Shown here piece after piece: positions 28,174 to 36,586 of a stretch of DNA of 41,896 nt (the first letter of the stretch is position 1; each line of letters starts with the position of its first letter). Source of the stretch: a virus (taxonomy: Duplodnaviria; Heunggongvirae; Uroviricota; Caudoviricetes); IMG/VR virus record IMGVR_UViG_2512047041_000010. One strand, given 5' to 3'. A program made the position numbers and the translations under genes. Below the pieces are notes generated by a model that worked only from the letters and a program-made list of their open reading frames with translations, ran no database searches and was not told the DNA's origin.

Positions 28174-29649
28174 TTAAGCATAGGGATCGTAATCTGTGAT
28201 GGCCTTGCCTTGCTGGTTCTGCTGCCCGGGAATTCGCAGACGCTTCGACACAGGGAACGCAAACGTCAGCAGTAGCGCATCGCCTTTACCCGGCGAACGC
28301 CCAAGCCGCTCCTTGATATCCTCCTTCGGTTCGATAACGATTTTACCGTCCACGCGAACTTTGTACTCTGCCGCCGACAGGTCGTCTGCAGTTTCCTGGT
28401 CATCCAGCATGCCGCCCAGCCTCAGCCATGTCTTACATGAGTTGAACATCTCCCCACGCTTGTTAAGCATCTGCGGGTCAGTAGACGCGCCACCGAACGG
28501 AACAAGTTGCCATGTACGACCCCAGCCGTCACCGATTGACTTCAAACCGGTTCCGTAACCGAAGTCGATGAACACCGCGTCAGCCTGATACTGGTCTTCA
28601 AAGTCAGCGATACGCTTCGCCATAATCAGATCGTCGGTAGTCTTGTTGCCAGTCCACAGCACCTTACTGTGTAGCCCCTGCCGCAGGTATATCACAGCGT
28701 CATCAACGCCGGAGTATGCCGGGTCAACGCCGATTATCACCGGAGCATGTGCAACCTGCGCAGCGGTTACCACCCGTTTCATTGCCTCGTCAGTAAGACC
28801 GGTAGGGATAAACTGCAATTCAGATGCATCAGGGAATATGCCACGCACACGGATTTTAACGAAGTCGCTGTCTTCCCCGTAGTCATCAACCCATTTCTGC
28901 AACTGCTGTTTGTTGGTACCTTCCACCGTCCGACTGTCAATCTGCGCAGTTTTCCAGCGGTGTTTATACTTGCGGAAACATTCACGGAAACGTCCGGTAT
29001 TACGCGTCGGGTTTCCGAACGCCACCCAGATAATCTCAGTGTCTTCGTCCGTAAGCGCACCCTCAGCAACTTCCCACACCAGATCCGCAATGTTCGACGC
29101 TTCATCGAATACCACGATGATGCGTTTGCGCTCGTTGTGTAGTCCGGCGAATGCCTCAGTGTTGTGCTCAGACCAGGGGATTGCGTCAGCTCGCCACCGC
29201 TTGTCGTGCCCAGGATCATTGCTGTACATCGCAGTAGCGGTACAGGTAAACCAGTCTTTCGTGATAGCAAGGTTCGACCACTTGATAATTTCCGGCCAGG
29301 TCTTCGTTCGTAGCTGGTTGTCGGTGTTGGCGGTCACCACGACCTTACAATCCTCGCAAGTGGACATGCCCCAGTTGATCAGCATTGAGATGAATGCGGA
29401 TTTACCAATACCGTGACCAGAAGCGCGTGCCAGCATAAGCGGCTGATAGCGCGTCTCTGGATTCTGCAGGTGATCACGTATCTCTCGGAACGCATCAGCC
29501 TGCCACTGACGTGGGCCAGTAGCATGTGCCAGTTCAGTCCCCTCTTCCCCCCACGGGAACGCATAGAGGGCATAACCAAGCGGATCGTGAGTAAACCCTG
29601 CAATATCCTCGATCAACTGCTCTTCAGGAGATAACACTGTATCTGTCAC
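28174..29649 (-). CDS. terminase large subunit
   Basis: 491-aa ORF with ATPase region (GHGIGKS Walker-A-like) and C-terminal nuclease-like region; start overlaps the small-subunit stop. Confidence 0.85.
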   Translation of the reverse strand: MTDTVLSPEEQLIEDIAGFTHDPLGYALYAFPWGEEGTELAHATGPRQWQADAFREIRDHLQNPETRYQPLMLARASGHGIGKSAFISMLINWGMSTCEDCKVVVTANTDNQLRTKTWPEIIKWSNLAITKDWFTCTATAMYSNDPGHDKRWRADAIPWSEHNTEAFAGLHNERKRIIVVFDEASNIADLVWEVAEGALTDEDTEIIWVAFGNPTRNTGRFRECFRKYKHRWKTAQIDSRTVEGTNKQQLQKWVDDYGEDSDFVKIRVRGIFPDASELQFIPTGLTDEAMKRVVTAAQVAHAPVIIGVDPAYSGVDDAVIYLRQGLHSKVLWTGNKTTDDLIMAKRIADFEDQYQADAVFIDFGYGTGLKSIGDGWGRTWQLVPFGGASTDPQMLNKRGEMFNSCKTWLRLGGMLDDQETADDLSAAEYKVRVDGKIVIEPKEDIKERLGRSPGKGDALLLTFAFPVSKRLRIPGQQNQQGKAITDYDPYA

Positions 29650-30242
29650 TGATTACCATCCTGACGTTCTTTGAGTCGCTTCCTGGCTGCTGCTATGCGA
29701 TCAGCAATTGTCACATTCACATTAACATCCAGGCGTTCTTTGAATGCGTTGACGTCGACGTGCTTACCAATCAGTTCGAGGTTCTTCACCTTGTCAGGCC
29801 ATTTAATTTTTTTGAGGATTGTCTCTATCGAATCCTCGTTCATGTTCATGATGGTCGATGACAGATCAAAGCCGCTAAGCGTAGTGCGCCAGATTTTCGG
29901 CCACTCGCGGATTGGCTTAAGGCTCCCATCGTCGTTGAGGATGTCGATCACGTCCATCTGGTCGATCTCCACCAGGCGCATGAGAACGTAATCAGCACTG
30001 ACGCGCATTCGTTTGTTGCGCTCCTCCATCAACTCGGCAATCCGTTTTTGAATGCGTTCATCGCGCATCATGACACTGGCTTTAACTGCCGCTGTATTTG
30101 GGGAGAATCCTGCGTTAATCGCTGCCTGAGTCTGGTTTTCAGGCGTTTTGATGTATGACTGGCAATAAGCCTCCTGCATTGCTGTTAGTGGCTTAAATTG
30201 CGTTGATTTGCGTTTATAGGTTTTAGGTTCAGCAGGCATCAT
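29646..30242 (-). CDS. terminase small subunit
   Basis: Start taken at MMPAEPKTYK with SD GGTGG; DNA-binding-like N-terminus; directly upstream of the large subunit. Confidence 0.65.
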   Translation of the reverse strand: MMPAEPKTYKRKSTQFKPLTAMQEAYCQSYIKTPENQTQAAINAGFSPNTAAVKASVMMRDERIQKRIAELMEERNKRMRVSADYVLMRLVEIDQMDVIDILNDDGSLKPIREWPKIWRTTLSGFDLSSTIMNMNEDSIETILKKIKWPDKVKNLELIGKHVDVNAFKERLDVNVNVTIADRIAAARKRLKERQDGNQ

Positions 30243-30249
30243 AACCACC

Positions 30250-30278
30250 GTGGTAATAGTTACCGTTGTGGTAATAGT
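30250..30278. repeat. direct repeat GTGGTAATAGT x2 in the terminase small-subunit leader
   Basis: Identical 11-mers at 30250..30260 and 30268..30278, between an upstream terminator and the start codon. Confidence 0.6.
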
Positions 30279-30280
30279 AC

Positions 30281-30311
30281 CATGCAAAATAAAGCCGCCA
30301 TAGTTGGCGGC
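30281..30311 (-). terminator. rho-independent terminator upstream of the terminase genes (tR'-like position)
   Basis: On the minus strand GCCGCCA-acta-TGGCGGC followed by TTTATTTTG. Confidence 0.55.
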
Positions 30312-30352
30312 AGTATTCAAAACCCATCAAATTCATCATGCATAATCTACTC

Positions 30353-30364
30353 GTGACATGTCAC
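30353..30364. repeat. perfect 12-bp palindrome GTGACATGTCAC (copy 3 of 3)
   Basis: Overlaps the stop codon of the Cys-rich gene, about 40 bp upstream of the terminator before the terminase genes. Confidence 0.8.
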
Positions 30365-30699
30365 ACTATTAATTTCGTTTCATGCCAGCCTTTAGTCACC
30401 CAGCATTGCGAGTCACCATTACACGGGCATGAATTAACGGGAACTCTCTCGCCGCACTTACCGCAAAGTTTTCTGCTGATCGATTTTATACGCCCGCGCA
30501 CACGTGCATCATCCTGGCGGATCAGTAACGCTATATACTCACCAAATTCGTAAGGCGCACGCCCGGGGCGACGCGCGGCACAGTTACGCTCAAGCATTTC
30601 AATTTCCTGAGCATCAAGCACAATCTCCAGCTTACGCACACCAGATGCAGCTTGTCTGGCTCTCTGAGCGGCTTTGCGCTCTGCTGCTGATTTAGCCAT
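30361..30699 (-). CDS. Cys-rich zinc-ribbon protein, candidate late-gene regulator
   Basis: 112 aa; basic N-terminus; C-terminal CGKCGERVPVNSCPCNGDSQCW; position immediately upstream of the terminator and terminase genes is where lambdoid Q-like regulators sit. No His residues for an HNH motif. Confidence 0.45.
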   Translation of the reverse strand: MAKSAAERKAAQRARQAASGVRKLEIVLDAQEIEMLERNCAARRPGRAPYEFGEYIALLIRQDDARVRGRIKSISRKLCGKCGERVPVNSCPCNGDSQCWVTKGWHETKLIV

Positions 30700-31045
30700 T
30701 CTGATTTTCCTGCATCATGAGAAATACAATCATGGCGGCTCGGAGTGGATTATTCGCATGAAAGCAAATGTTCTCGGTATTAAAAACAGCTGACCACTCA
30801 CCGCGAGATTGGTGGCAGGTTAGACTGATTTTATTATCAACAATAATAGGCCATGCATCCGATGGATTATTGCAGTAGTCAGGTAAAGGGTTTAATGGCT
30901 CAAAAGTTGTATCAGTATTTCCGTAATACCATTTGTTGGTGTTATTCCCTGATGTTTCCGGTTTACACGCCCAAAGGCCTTTAAAAATTATGTCTCCTAC
31001 CATTCTGTTAATTTCAAAATCACTTAACTGTGAATAGTCCATCAC
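30692..31045 (-). CDS. NinX-like phage protein (DUF2591-like)
   Basis: 117-aa ORF; family assignment from memory of the conserved N-terminal block. Confidence 0.5.
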   Translation of the reverse strand: MMDYSQLSDFEINRMVGDIIFKGLWACKPETSGNNTNKWYYGNTDTTFEPLNPLPDYCNNPSDAWPIIVDNKISLTCHQSRGEWSAVFNTENICFHANNPLRAAMIVFLMMQENQNG

Positions 31046-31980
31046 TTCACCTCCTGCGGCGGTTCTGGTAGTGGCATCCAGTCGGTTACATTGCGACTCT
31101 GTGTTTCGAAAAATTCATCACCATTGCGGACAATATCGAAAAACTCTCCGTCTCGATATTGCGCATAAAGAACGAATGCGCCATCACATAAAATAATTAC
31201 GTGCTGACCATCATCTGGCATTCGCTCACTACAGCTTATCCAACCATCCGGAATTACCGGATAGTTGCCAGCCAGTCTACGCAAAACAGCCTTAACCGCC
31301 TCAATACGGTCATCATCGCAATTTTCCAGCGTATCTATGCGGTCGAGCATGATGATGGCGTTATCAATATCAGGATTGCCGGTCCACTCATTACCGCGAT
31401 TGGATTCGGCAGCCTGGTTGCCGTGTACTGTTTGATTCTCGGCTTTACCCAGTCTGTCGTCGCTGCATGAATGCCCTTCCAGCCAGGCCAATGCTTGTCG
31501 CATGAAATACGCAATATGCTTGCCGTGGTAATCGTCTTCATTGATGTGAAAAGCGATACTGCGGATGTATTCAATTGCGTTTTCAATGGCCTCTAACGCT
31601 ATCGGCGCTGGCGGAGTGGTATATAGTTTTCGACATTTGTATATCCAACCGGCATGGTCAGGCGTGTCTGTAAAGCGCAAATCGTCTTCGTAGCACTCAC
31701 GACTTCGTTCTTTCCATTCCGTCCACGGAACACCGCTATTCCAGGTGGGGCGAGTGCAGGACTGAAACAGAACAGGCTCTGATTCCAGCGATGCCAGCAC
31801 AATTCGTGCCAGCTCACGCACAACTTCAGGGGGCGCGTGACGGTCATTCAGGTCATCCCACAGCCGTAGCATGTTATCGCTATCAGGGTTAACATCCTCG
31901 TTAGTTCCGGCCAGCGCACTAATAACCTCATCGGCTGCTTCAATAATTTTCTGTGCCTGTTCTCTGGTAATAGTAGTCAT
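31042..31980 (-). CDS. phage protein with C-terminal DUF551 domain
   Basis: C-terminus WISCSERMPDDGQHVIILCDG...VTDWMPLPEPP is the typical DUF551 signature; start at MTTITREQ (31980) directly after the upstream stop. Confidence 0.6.
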   Translation of the reverse strand: MTTITREQAQKIIEAADEVISALAGTNEDVNPDSDNMLRLWDDLNDRHAPPEVVRELARIVLASLESEPVLFQSCTRPTWNSGVPWTEWKERSRECYEDDLRFTDTPDHAGWIYKCRKLYTTPPAPIALEAIENAIEYIRSIAFHINEDDYHGKHIAYFMRQALAWLEGHSCSDDRLGKAENQTVHGNQAAESNRGNEWTGNPDIDNAIIMLDRIDTLENCDDDRIEAVKAVLRRLAGNYPVIPDGWISCSERMPDDGQHVIILCDGAFVLYAQYRDGEFFDIVRNGDEFFETQSRNVTDWMPLPEPPQEVK

Positions 31981-31981
31981 A

Positions 31982-32581
31982 TCACTCTCCTTTGATGCGA
32001 ATGCCAGCGGCGCGTGGCACATTAACTTCCACGATGCGCACTGTTGGTTTGTACATCTCAATCGCTGTCAGCCAGTCAGCTCCTGTCATGCGCTTTTCCG
32101 CATCGCCATTAGTCCACTTAACCGGTACACCAATAGCTTTCATCGCGATTTCTATTTCCCCGGCAATGGCGCTTTTTCCGCAACCAGTAAAACCAGATAC
32201 AACGACAAGAACTTCACCTTTGGCTGGTTTTATTTCCCGTGCTTCCAGTTCAGCAATACGCTTACTCCCATCAGAGATAACACCTTCGTAATATTCACGC
32301 TGCTCGTTGAGTTTTGATTTTGCTGCCTCCAGTTCGTCCAGTAGTGCAATCACATCAGGGTCACTGTCATCAACTACTGTTACGCGTGATTTTTCATAAT
32401 GTTCGTCGGCAAGTGTTCGACCAATTTTGAAATCTCCATCACCACCATAACCGGAGCAGGCATAAACGACATGTGCTCCAGATATACGCTGTATTGACAT
32501 TTCCTCGCCACAAACAGAGCATTCAGGTACTGGCTTAGGTGAATAACGTTCCCGTAGCGTCTGATAGTCAATCTTGCTCAC
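31982..32581 (-). CDS. Ead/Ea22-like protein with C-terminal P-loop (Walker A SGFTGCGKS)
   Basis: N-terminus MSKIDYQTLRERYSPKP resembles Ea22-family starts; C-terminal half carries a Walker A motif. Confidence 0.5.
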   Translation of the reverse strand: MSKIDYQTLRERYSPKPVPECSVCGEEMSIQRISGAHVVYACSGYGGDGDFKIGRTLADEHYEKSRVTVVDDSDPDVIALLDELEAAKSKLNEQREYYEGVISDGSKRIAELEAREIKPAKGEVLVVVSGFTGCGKSAIAGEIEIAMKAIGVPVKWTNGDAEKRMTGADWLTAIEMYKPTVRIVEVNVPRAAGIRIKGE

Positions 32582-33108
32582 TGGTTGCCTCCTTTGCGAA
32601 GCTGGGCAGCAAAGTCAACTAACCACTCAGTCATTTCAACCTTCCCTACCAGGTCTGAACCAGGGTGCATACAGCAATCACTCTGCGCCGCTTTGAAAGC
32701 CTTATACTCATATTCTTGGACCACCAGATTTTTTGCAGCTTCTATAGCAGCATCCACCCCCTGCGCCCGCACTTCAGGCAGGAAAGCATCAGTGGCTGGA
32801 ATGGGCTTTTGTGGTGATATAGCAATGCGAATTGTCTCAAGGTCTGGATCTGTTTCCGCTGCTGGCACCTTGATATAACCCATCTGCACCCCATTCATGA
32901 TGAATCTGCGACGGTCATCACATATCGCCTTTAGCCCCGCATTCTCCGCTGCCAGCGCATTAGCACGCACCAGTTGCACTTCCAGTTGCGTTGCCAAATC
33001 GCTGATCAGCTTTGCCACACTGCGCATATCAACGGCACCACATTCTGCTTTCAGTTCCGAAGCCATCTCATGCCCGGCGGCAACTAACCCTTTGATATTA
33101 CTTTCCAT
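32578..33108 (-). CDS. hypothetical early protein (Ea22-region)
   Basis: 176-aa coiled-coil-rich ORF in the early operon. Confidence 0.45.
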   Translation of the reverse strand: MESNIKGLVAAGHEMASELKAECGAVDMRSVAKLISDLATQLEVQLVRANALAAENAGLKAICDDRRRFIMNGVQMGYIKVPAAETDPDLETIRIAISPQKPIPATDAFLPEVRAQGVDAAIEAAKNLVVQEYEYKAFKAAQSDCCMHPGSDLVGKVEMTEWLVDFAAQLRKGGNQ

Positions 33109-33169
33109 CTTTACCCTCGCTTATCCACATAACTTATTGATTACATTGATAACTAAAAAGATCGTCGAT

Positions 33170-33469
33170 TCAGAACTCTTCGATTTTCCAGCCACCACCT
33201 GCTTTCTTTGGCTTAACAGTTACCCCGATGATTCGGAACGGATATTGATCTGCGGCGACTTTGGTTTTCACCCTGGCGTCGTCGGTCCAGAAACCTTTCA
33301 CTTCGTGCAGTTCCATCTCTCCGGTGGCGAGCATCACAGCGAAATCTGGCGTATAGAACGTGTTATCAGCTAACCGCAGCTTGATACCCTCGAATCGATA
33401 CCAGGCGATTTCCCCTGCACGTTTACGCAGCTCAAGGTGCTGGCAATATGCAGATTCTGTTTTGTTCAT
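33170..33469 (-). CDS. DUF1064-like phage protein
   Basis: 99-aa ORF; motif YTPDF...HEVKG recalled as DUF1064; first gene after an internal operator-controlled promoter. Confidence 0.5.
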   Translation of the reverse strand: MNKTESAYCQHLELRKRAGEIAWYRFEGIKLRLADNTFYTPDFAVMLATGEMELHEVKGFWTDDARVKTKVAADQYPFRIIGVTVKPKKAGGGWKIEEF

Positions 33470-33516
33470 CTAGCCTGTTTTGAGTCGACCAAGAGCCTGT
33501 ATCTGTTTTCTCATGA

Positions 33517-33595
33517 TTTACCCCTGAGGTAATTAAAAACCACATAATACACGAAATCAATAGATTTTAGAATATTTTATTACCCAACAGGTAAT
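33517..33595. promoter_or_regulatory. internal promoter region with two operator palindromes (TTTACCCCTGAGGTAAT at 33517..33533, ATTACCCAACAGGTAAT at 33579..33595)
   Basis: Two TTACC-N5-GGTAA sites bracket a minus-strand promoter-like sequence (-35 TTGATT, 17-bp spacer, -10 TTTAAT); a minus-strand terminator (GCGCGATAGCGC + TTTTTTT, about 33596..33625) lies just upstream after the P-like gene. Confidence 0.5.
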
Positions 33596-33631
33596 TATCA
33601 AGACGTAAAAAAATGCGCTATCGCGCTGGTA

Positions 33632-34432
33632 TTACTTGATAAATCCTGCCGCCTTTCCCCGCCTGTATTCCTCCATCAGCCACTGCGCCGGTGTTATTCC
33701 CCCAAGGGTGGCGGCGTTAGGCATGCACCCGAAACTTCGCCCTGGTGGATGGTAAACGTCTCTCCCTGTGTCCGGAGGTGTACTCATGGGCTCTCGCTTT
33801 GCCTGTATGCTGATCACCGGATCGGGTATCTGCTGTCCGGAAGCTACCTTTTTCGCCCAATCATCGAGCAGCCTGCGCGCGTGTTTCTCAACCTCAATCT
33901 CGCTAAGCTGGCGCTGATACATTGCACGGCGGGTATCACATACGACCCAGTACATAACCGGATGTCGCCACGGGAATCTTTCGGGACCACCAGGATATAA
34001 ACTTTTTTCCTTGCTGTACCGGTGAAACTCCGCCATCACATCGTCAATGGTGACGCCAAGAACCATCTTGCTGTCTTTACACCACTTGATGAATTGCCCT
34101 GGCGACGGCCAGAACGGAGACTCACTGGCGCGGGCGTGGCGCATACCAGCAGAAACCTGTTCACGGGTTCGGATCCCCCCTTCGGCAAACGCAGCAATCC
34201 ACTGCTGTTTTGCAGCAACTTCCTGCTCTGGCGTCTTCAGGTTGGTTACCACTGCCGCCGGAAACAGTTGTTTCAGCTGTTTGAAAAGGGCATCAACAAG
34301 CCTCTCTGCTGACATGTTCACCACGTTGTCATTGTTGGTGTACTGATGCTCATAACCTGACATGCGAGAAAGGGCTTCTCCGTCACGGTTTTGTATCGCG
34401 GTAAAAACGTTGTTCACAAGAAATCCTCCCAT
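33632..34432 (-). CDS. replication protein P-like (helicase loader)
   Basis: Block FPAAVVTNLKTPEQEVAAKQQWIAAFAEGGIRTREQVSAGMRHARASESPFWPSPGQFIKWC aligns by eye with lambda P (FPASLANRDQNEVNEIRRQWVLAFRENGITTMEQVNAGMRVARRQNRPFLPSPGQFVAWC). Confidence 0.8.
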   Translation of the reverse strand: MGGFLVNNVFTAIQNRDGEALSRMSGYEHQYTNNDNVVNMSAERLVDALFKQLKQLFPAAVVTNLKTPEQEVAAKQQWIAAFAEGGIRTREQVSAGMRHARASESPFWPSPGQFIKWCKDSKMVLGVTIDDVMAEFHRYSKEKSLYPGGPERFPWRHPVMYWVVCDTRRAMYQRQLSEIEVEKHARRLLDDWAKKVASGQQIPDPVISIQAKREPMSTPPDTGRDVYHPPGRSFGCMPNAATLGGITPAQWLMEEYRRGKAAGFIK

Positions 34433-35229
34433 GCTTCAGGGCTGTTCCAGTGTGGAACGTTGTTATCAGGTAATGTTGATTGCTTCTGTCTGCTAATCTG
34501 CAGCCTCCTTGCCAGCTTCTGCTCCCACTGTGCCTGATGGTATGCCTTACCCTCAGCCATCCAGTAAATTCTGAACTCTGCAAGTTCCTGTGCCGTTGGC
34601 AGACTGTCCAGGTAGATCCCCTGCAATGAGCTTTTCCGAAGAAAGTCATCTGATGGTTGCCATTGTTCATGCATGACAAATTTGCCTAATTGCCCTGGCC
34701 CACCAGGAGGAACAAAGTTATTCATCACGGCGTTGTTTGCGCCGGGGTCATGAGACACAGAATCCCCGTTTTTTGTCCTGCTCTCCCTCTCTTGGTTAAA
34801 TGACTGGTTATATGACTGGTTCTGGATCCCGTTTTTGGGATCATTCAACATCCCGTTTTTGGGATCATTCAACATCCCGTTTTTGGGTATATTCCCGTTT
34901 TCGGTAACATTACCGTTTTCGGGTTCATTACCCCCTTCCCGGTTGCCTTTAATGTTCCCGTTTTTGGTTATATTAAGAGAGAAAACCCGCACTCTTTTCG
35001 TCGCTCCCTTTCTCTCTCCGGTATCTGAAATAAGCCCCATTTTCATGAGCGATATAAGTCCGGCCTGCACGGTTTTTTTATTCAGGCAAGTGTCTTTAAC
35101 GAGGCGTTCTATGCTGGGGTAGCAGAGGTTATATTCATCGGCTCTGTCAGCCATCGAGAGCAGTATGAGCTTTAATGACGAGCTACCTGGATCTGTCTCC
35201 CAGGCCCAATCTGTTGCATGTCTGCTCAT
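34414..35229 (-). CDS. replication initiator O-like protein (contains the origin iterons)
   Basis: SD GGAG upstream; winged-helix-like N-terminus; central Asn/Gly-rich repeats encoded by the iteron array; translationally coupled to the P-like gene. Confidence 0.6.
   Translation of the reverse strand: MSRHATDWAWETDPGSSSLKLILLSMADRADEYNLCYPSIERLVKDTCLNKKTVQAGLISLMKMGLISDTGERKGATKRVRVFSLNITKNGNIKGNREGGNEPENGNVTENGNIPKNGMLNDPKNGMLNDPKNGIQNQSYNQSFNQERESRTKNGDSVSHDPGANNAVMNNFVPPGGPGQLGKFVMHEQWQPSDDFLRKSSLQGIYLDSLPTAQELAEFRIYWMAEGKAYHQAQWEQKLARRLQISRQKQSTLPDNNVPHWNSPEAWEDFL
34760..34975. repeat. origin-like iteron array inside the O-like gene
   Basis: Six to seven copies of TCCCGTTTTTGGGA-type repeats (two identical 24-mers ATCCCGTTTTTGGGATCATTCAAC at 34826 and 34850) plus direct repeat TGACTGGTT x2; arrangement like ori-lambda iterons within O. 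Confidence 0.65.
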
Positions 35230-35244
35230 GATTAATCTCCGCTA

Positions 35245-35445
35245 TCAGCTTGAATGTTGTGGGGAGGAATTAATCATGATCTGCTTAATCTCTGCCCTGA
35301 TACGACGGTTTGATTCCATGGTGCACTCAACACAGTGTCCGTTGTAAACCCAGCGTTCACTGTCATGTCCGTGCTTACATGTTTTTCCGGTGTAGTAGCG
35401 TTTAAGTCCGCGCTTTGCGGCATCAATACGTGTAATGATTTCCAT
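35245..35445 (-). CDS. small zinc-finger protein in cII-equivalent position
   Basis: Start taken at MEIITRIDAAK (SD AGGG); motif CKHGHDSERWVYNGHCVEC; lies between the Cro-like gene and the O-like gene. Confidence 0.45.
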   Translation of the reverse strand: MEIITRIDAAKRGLKRYYTGKTCKHGHDSERWVYNGHCVECTMESNRRIRAEIKQIMINSSPQHSS

Positions 35446-35524
35446 GGTAAGCCCTGTTATTAGTATTGGGATTACGGTCATTTTGTGCTGACACAAAAAA
35501 AAGATCAACCAGATTTGGTTTTTT

Positions 35525-35541
35525 ATTACCTTTGAGGTACG
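35525..35541. promoter_or_regulatory. operator-like site ATTACCTTTGAGGTACG (imperfect)
   Basis: TTACC-N5-GGTA architecture between the terminator after the Cro-like gene and the zinc-finger gene. Confidence 0.4.
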
Positions 35542-35545
35542 AATA

Positions 35546-35573
35546 GATATGAAAAGACCGCCGGGTGGCGGTC
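35546..35573 (-). terminator. rho-independent terminator downstream of the Cro-like gene (tR1-like)
   Basis: On the minus strand GACCGCC-accc-GGCGGTC followed by TTTTC. Confidence 0.6.
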
Positions 35574-35595
35574 TACAGAGGGTTGTAGCTGGATA

Positions 35596-35826
35596 TCATG
35601 AGTAGAAGAAGTATGCCAGTTCTGCTTTTGAGCGCAGCCATTGTCTTGTTTTACAGGCTTTAAAAAGCCCATTCATCAATACTTTACCTGGCATTTTGCG
35701 CTTACCTGTTAAGTGAGTCTGGATATAGTGACTCGTCGTTCCGGCTTCCTGTGCGAAGGCTTCACGCTCATCCGGAGTAAGTGCAAGCCAGTGCTTTTTG
35801 AAATCGAAATGTCCGTTATCGCTCAT
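35596..35826 (-). CDS. Cro-like repressor (YdaS/DUF1019-type HTH)
   Basis: 76-aa HTH protein divergent from the repressor gene across a three-operator region; first gene of the replication-side early operon. Confidence 0.6.
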   Translation of the reverse strand: MSDNGHFDFKKHWLALTPDEREAFAQEAGTTSHYIQTHLTGKRKMPGKVLMNGLFKACKTRQWLRSKAELAYFFYS

Positions 35827-35860
35827 AGCTATTGCCTGATATTTATTTCAGATAATAAAT

Positions 35861-35926
35861 ATTCACCCATAAGGTAACAAAAATCAAGGATAGTTACCTA
35901 TGAGGTGCATTTACCTGTTGGGTAAT
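35861..35926. promoter_or_regulatory. OR-like region: three adjacent operator sites (ATTCACCCATAAGGTAAC, TTACCTATGAGGTGC, TTTACCTGTTGGGTAAT) with divergent promoters
   Basis: Three TTACC-N5-GGTAA-type palindromes (one perfect, two degenerate) between divergent HTH genes; minus-strand promoter-like -35 TTGTTA / -10 TATTAT overlaps the leftmost site. Confidence 0.6.
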
Positions 35927-35980
35927 ATTGCTTTAAATTGAATCATCTACTGATTCATATATGAGGCGATTTTCCAGAAA

Positions 35981-36565
35981 ATGAAAAGTATCCAGGACGT
36001 CCGCAGGCAAAATCTCAACGACTTGATCGACCGTGAATTCAATGGTGTTCAGACGCGGATGGCAGAAAAACTTGGAACTCAGGCAAATCTGGTAAACCGC
36101 TGGGCTCTTGGCAAGAAGGTTATCGGCGACCAGGTTGCGCGAAAAATTGAAGCTGCCGCCAATAAACCACGTAACTGGCTTGATATCGATCGCTCGCTTT
36201 CTCAGGAAGGTTTTCAGCCTGTCGGCCCAAGCGACATTGGTCAGCTGGCGGCTCACAACCTGGAACGCTGGATGAGCGAAAGCCGCGACCTTTCAACACA
36301 GGGAAAACTTCACCGCGCATCCGGCGTCGCCCAGGTGACAATCAGCCGCCTGTTAAACAATGAGGTCAGCGTTTCCATTTCCACCCTGGAGAATGTTGCA
36401 TCCGCATTCGGGCGTCACGGCTATGAATTACTGATTCACCCGCACGACCCTGCGACCATCAACTATGACCGCTCGCGCTACGCATTGTTACCCGAAACCG
36501 AGAAAGCAAAGATCGAAAGTTACATTGAATTTGTCATCAACCAGAACGAAAAAAGCAAAAAATAA
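35981..36565 (+). CDS. CI-like prophage repressor, double-HTH type without LexA-like autocleavage domain
   Basis: 194 aa with two Cro/C1-type HTH segments (QTRMAEKLGTQANLVNRW and GKLHRASGVAQVTISRLL); no Ala-Gly/Ser-Lys peptidase S24 signature; flanked by operator clusters on both sides; own terminator downstream. Confidence 0.6.
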   Translation: MKSIQDVRRQNLNDLIDREFNGVQTRMAEKLGTQANLVNRWALGKKVIGDQVARKIEAAANKPRNWLDIDRSLSQEGFQPVGPSDIGQLAAHNLERWMSESRDLSTQGKLHRASGVAQVTISRLLNNEVSVSISTLENVASAFGRHGYELLIHPHDPATINYDRSRYALLPETEKAKIESYIEFVINQNEKSKK

Positions 36566-36586
36566 AACTATATTTTTCAGTAAGTA

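Noticed and set aside
34760-34975. CRISPR array interpretation of the tandem repeats
   Set aside because: Repeats are in-frame inside a coding gene, have irregular spacing and no unique spacers; they are replication-origin iterons.
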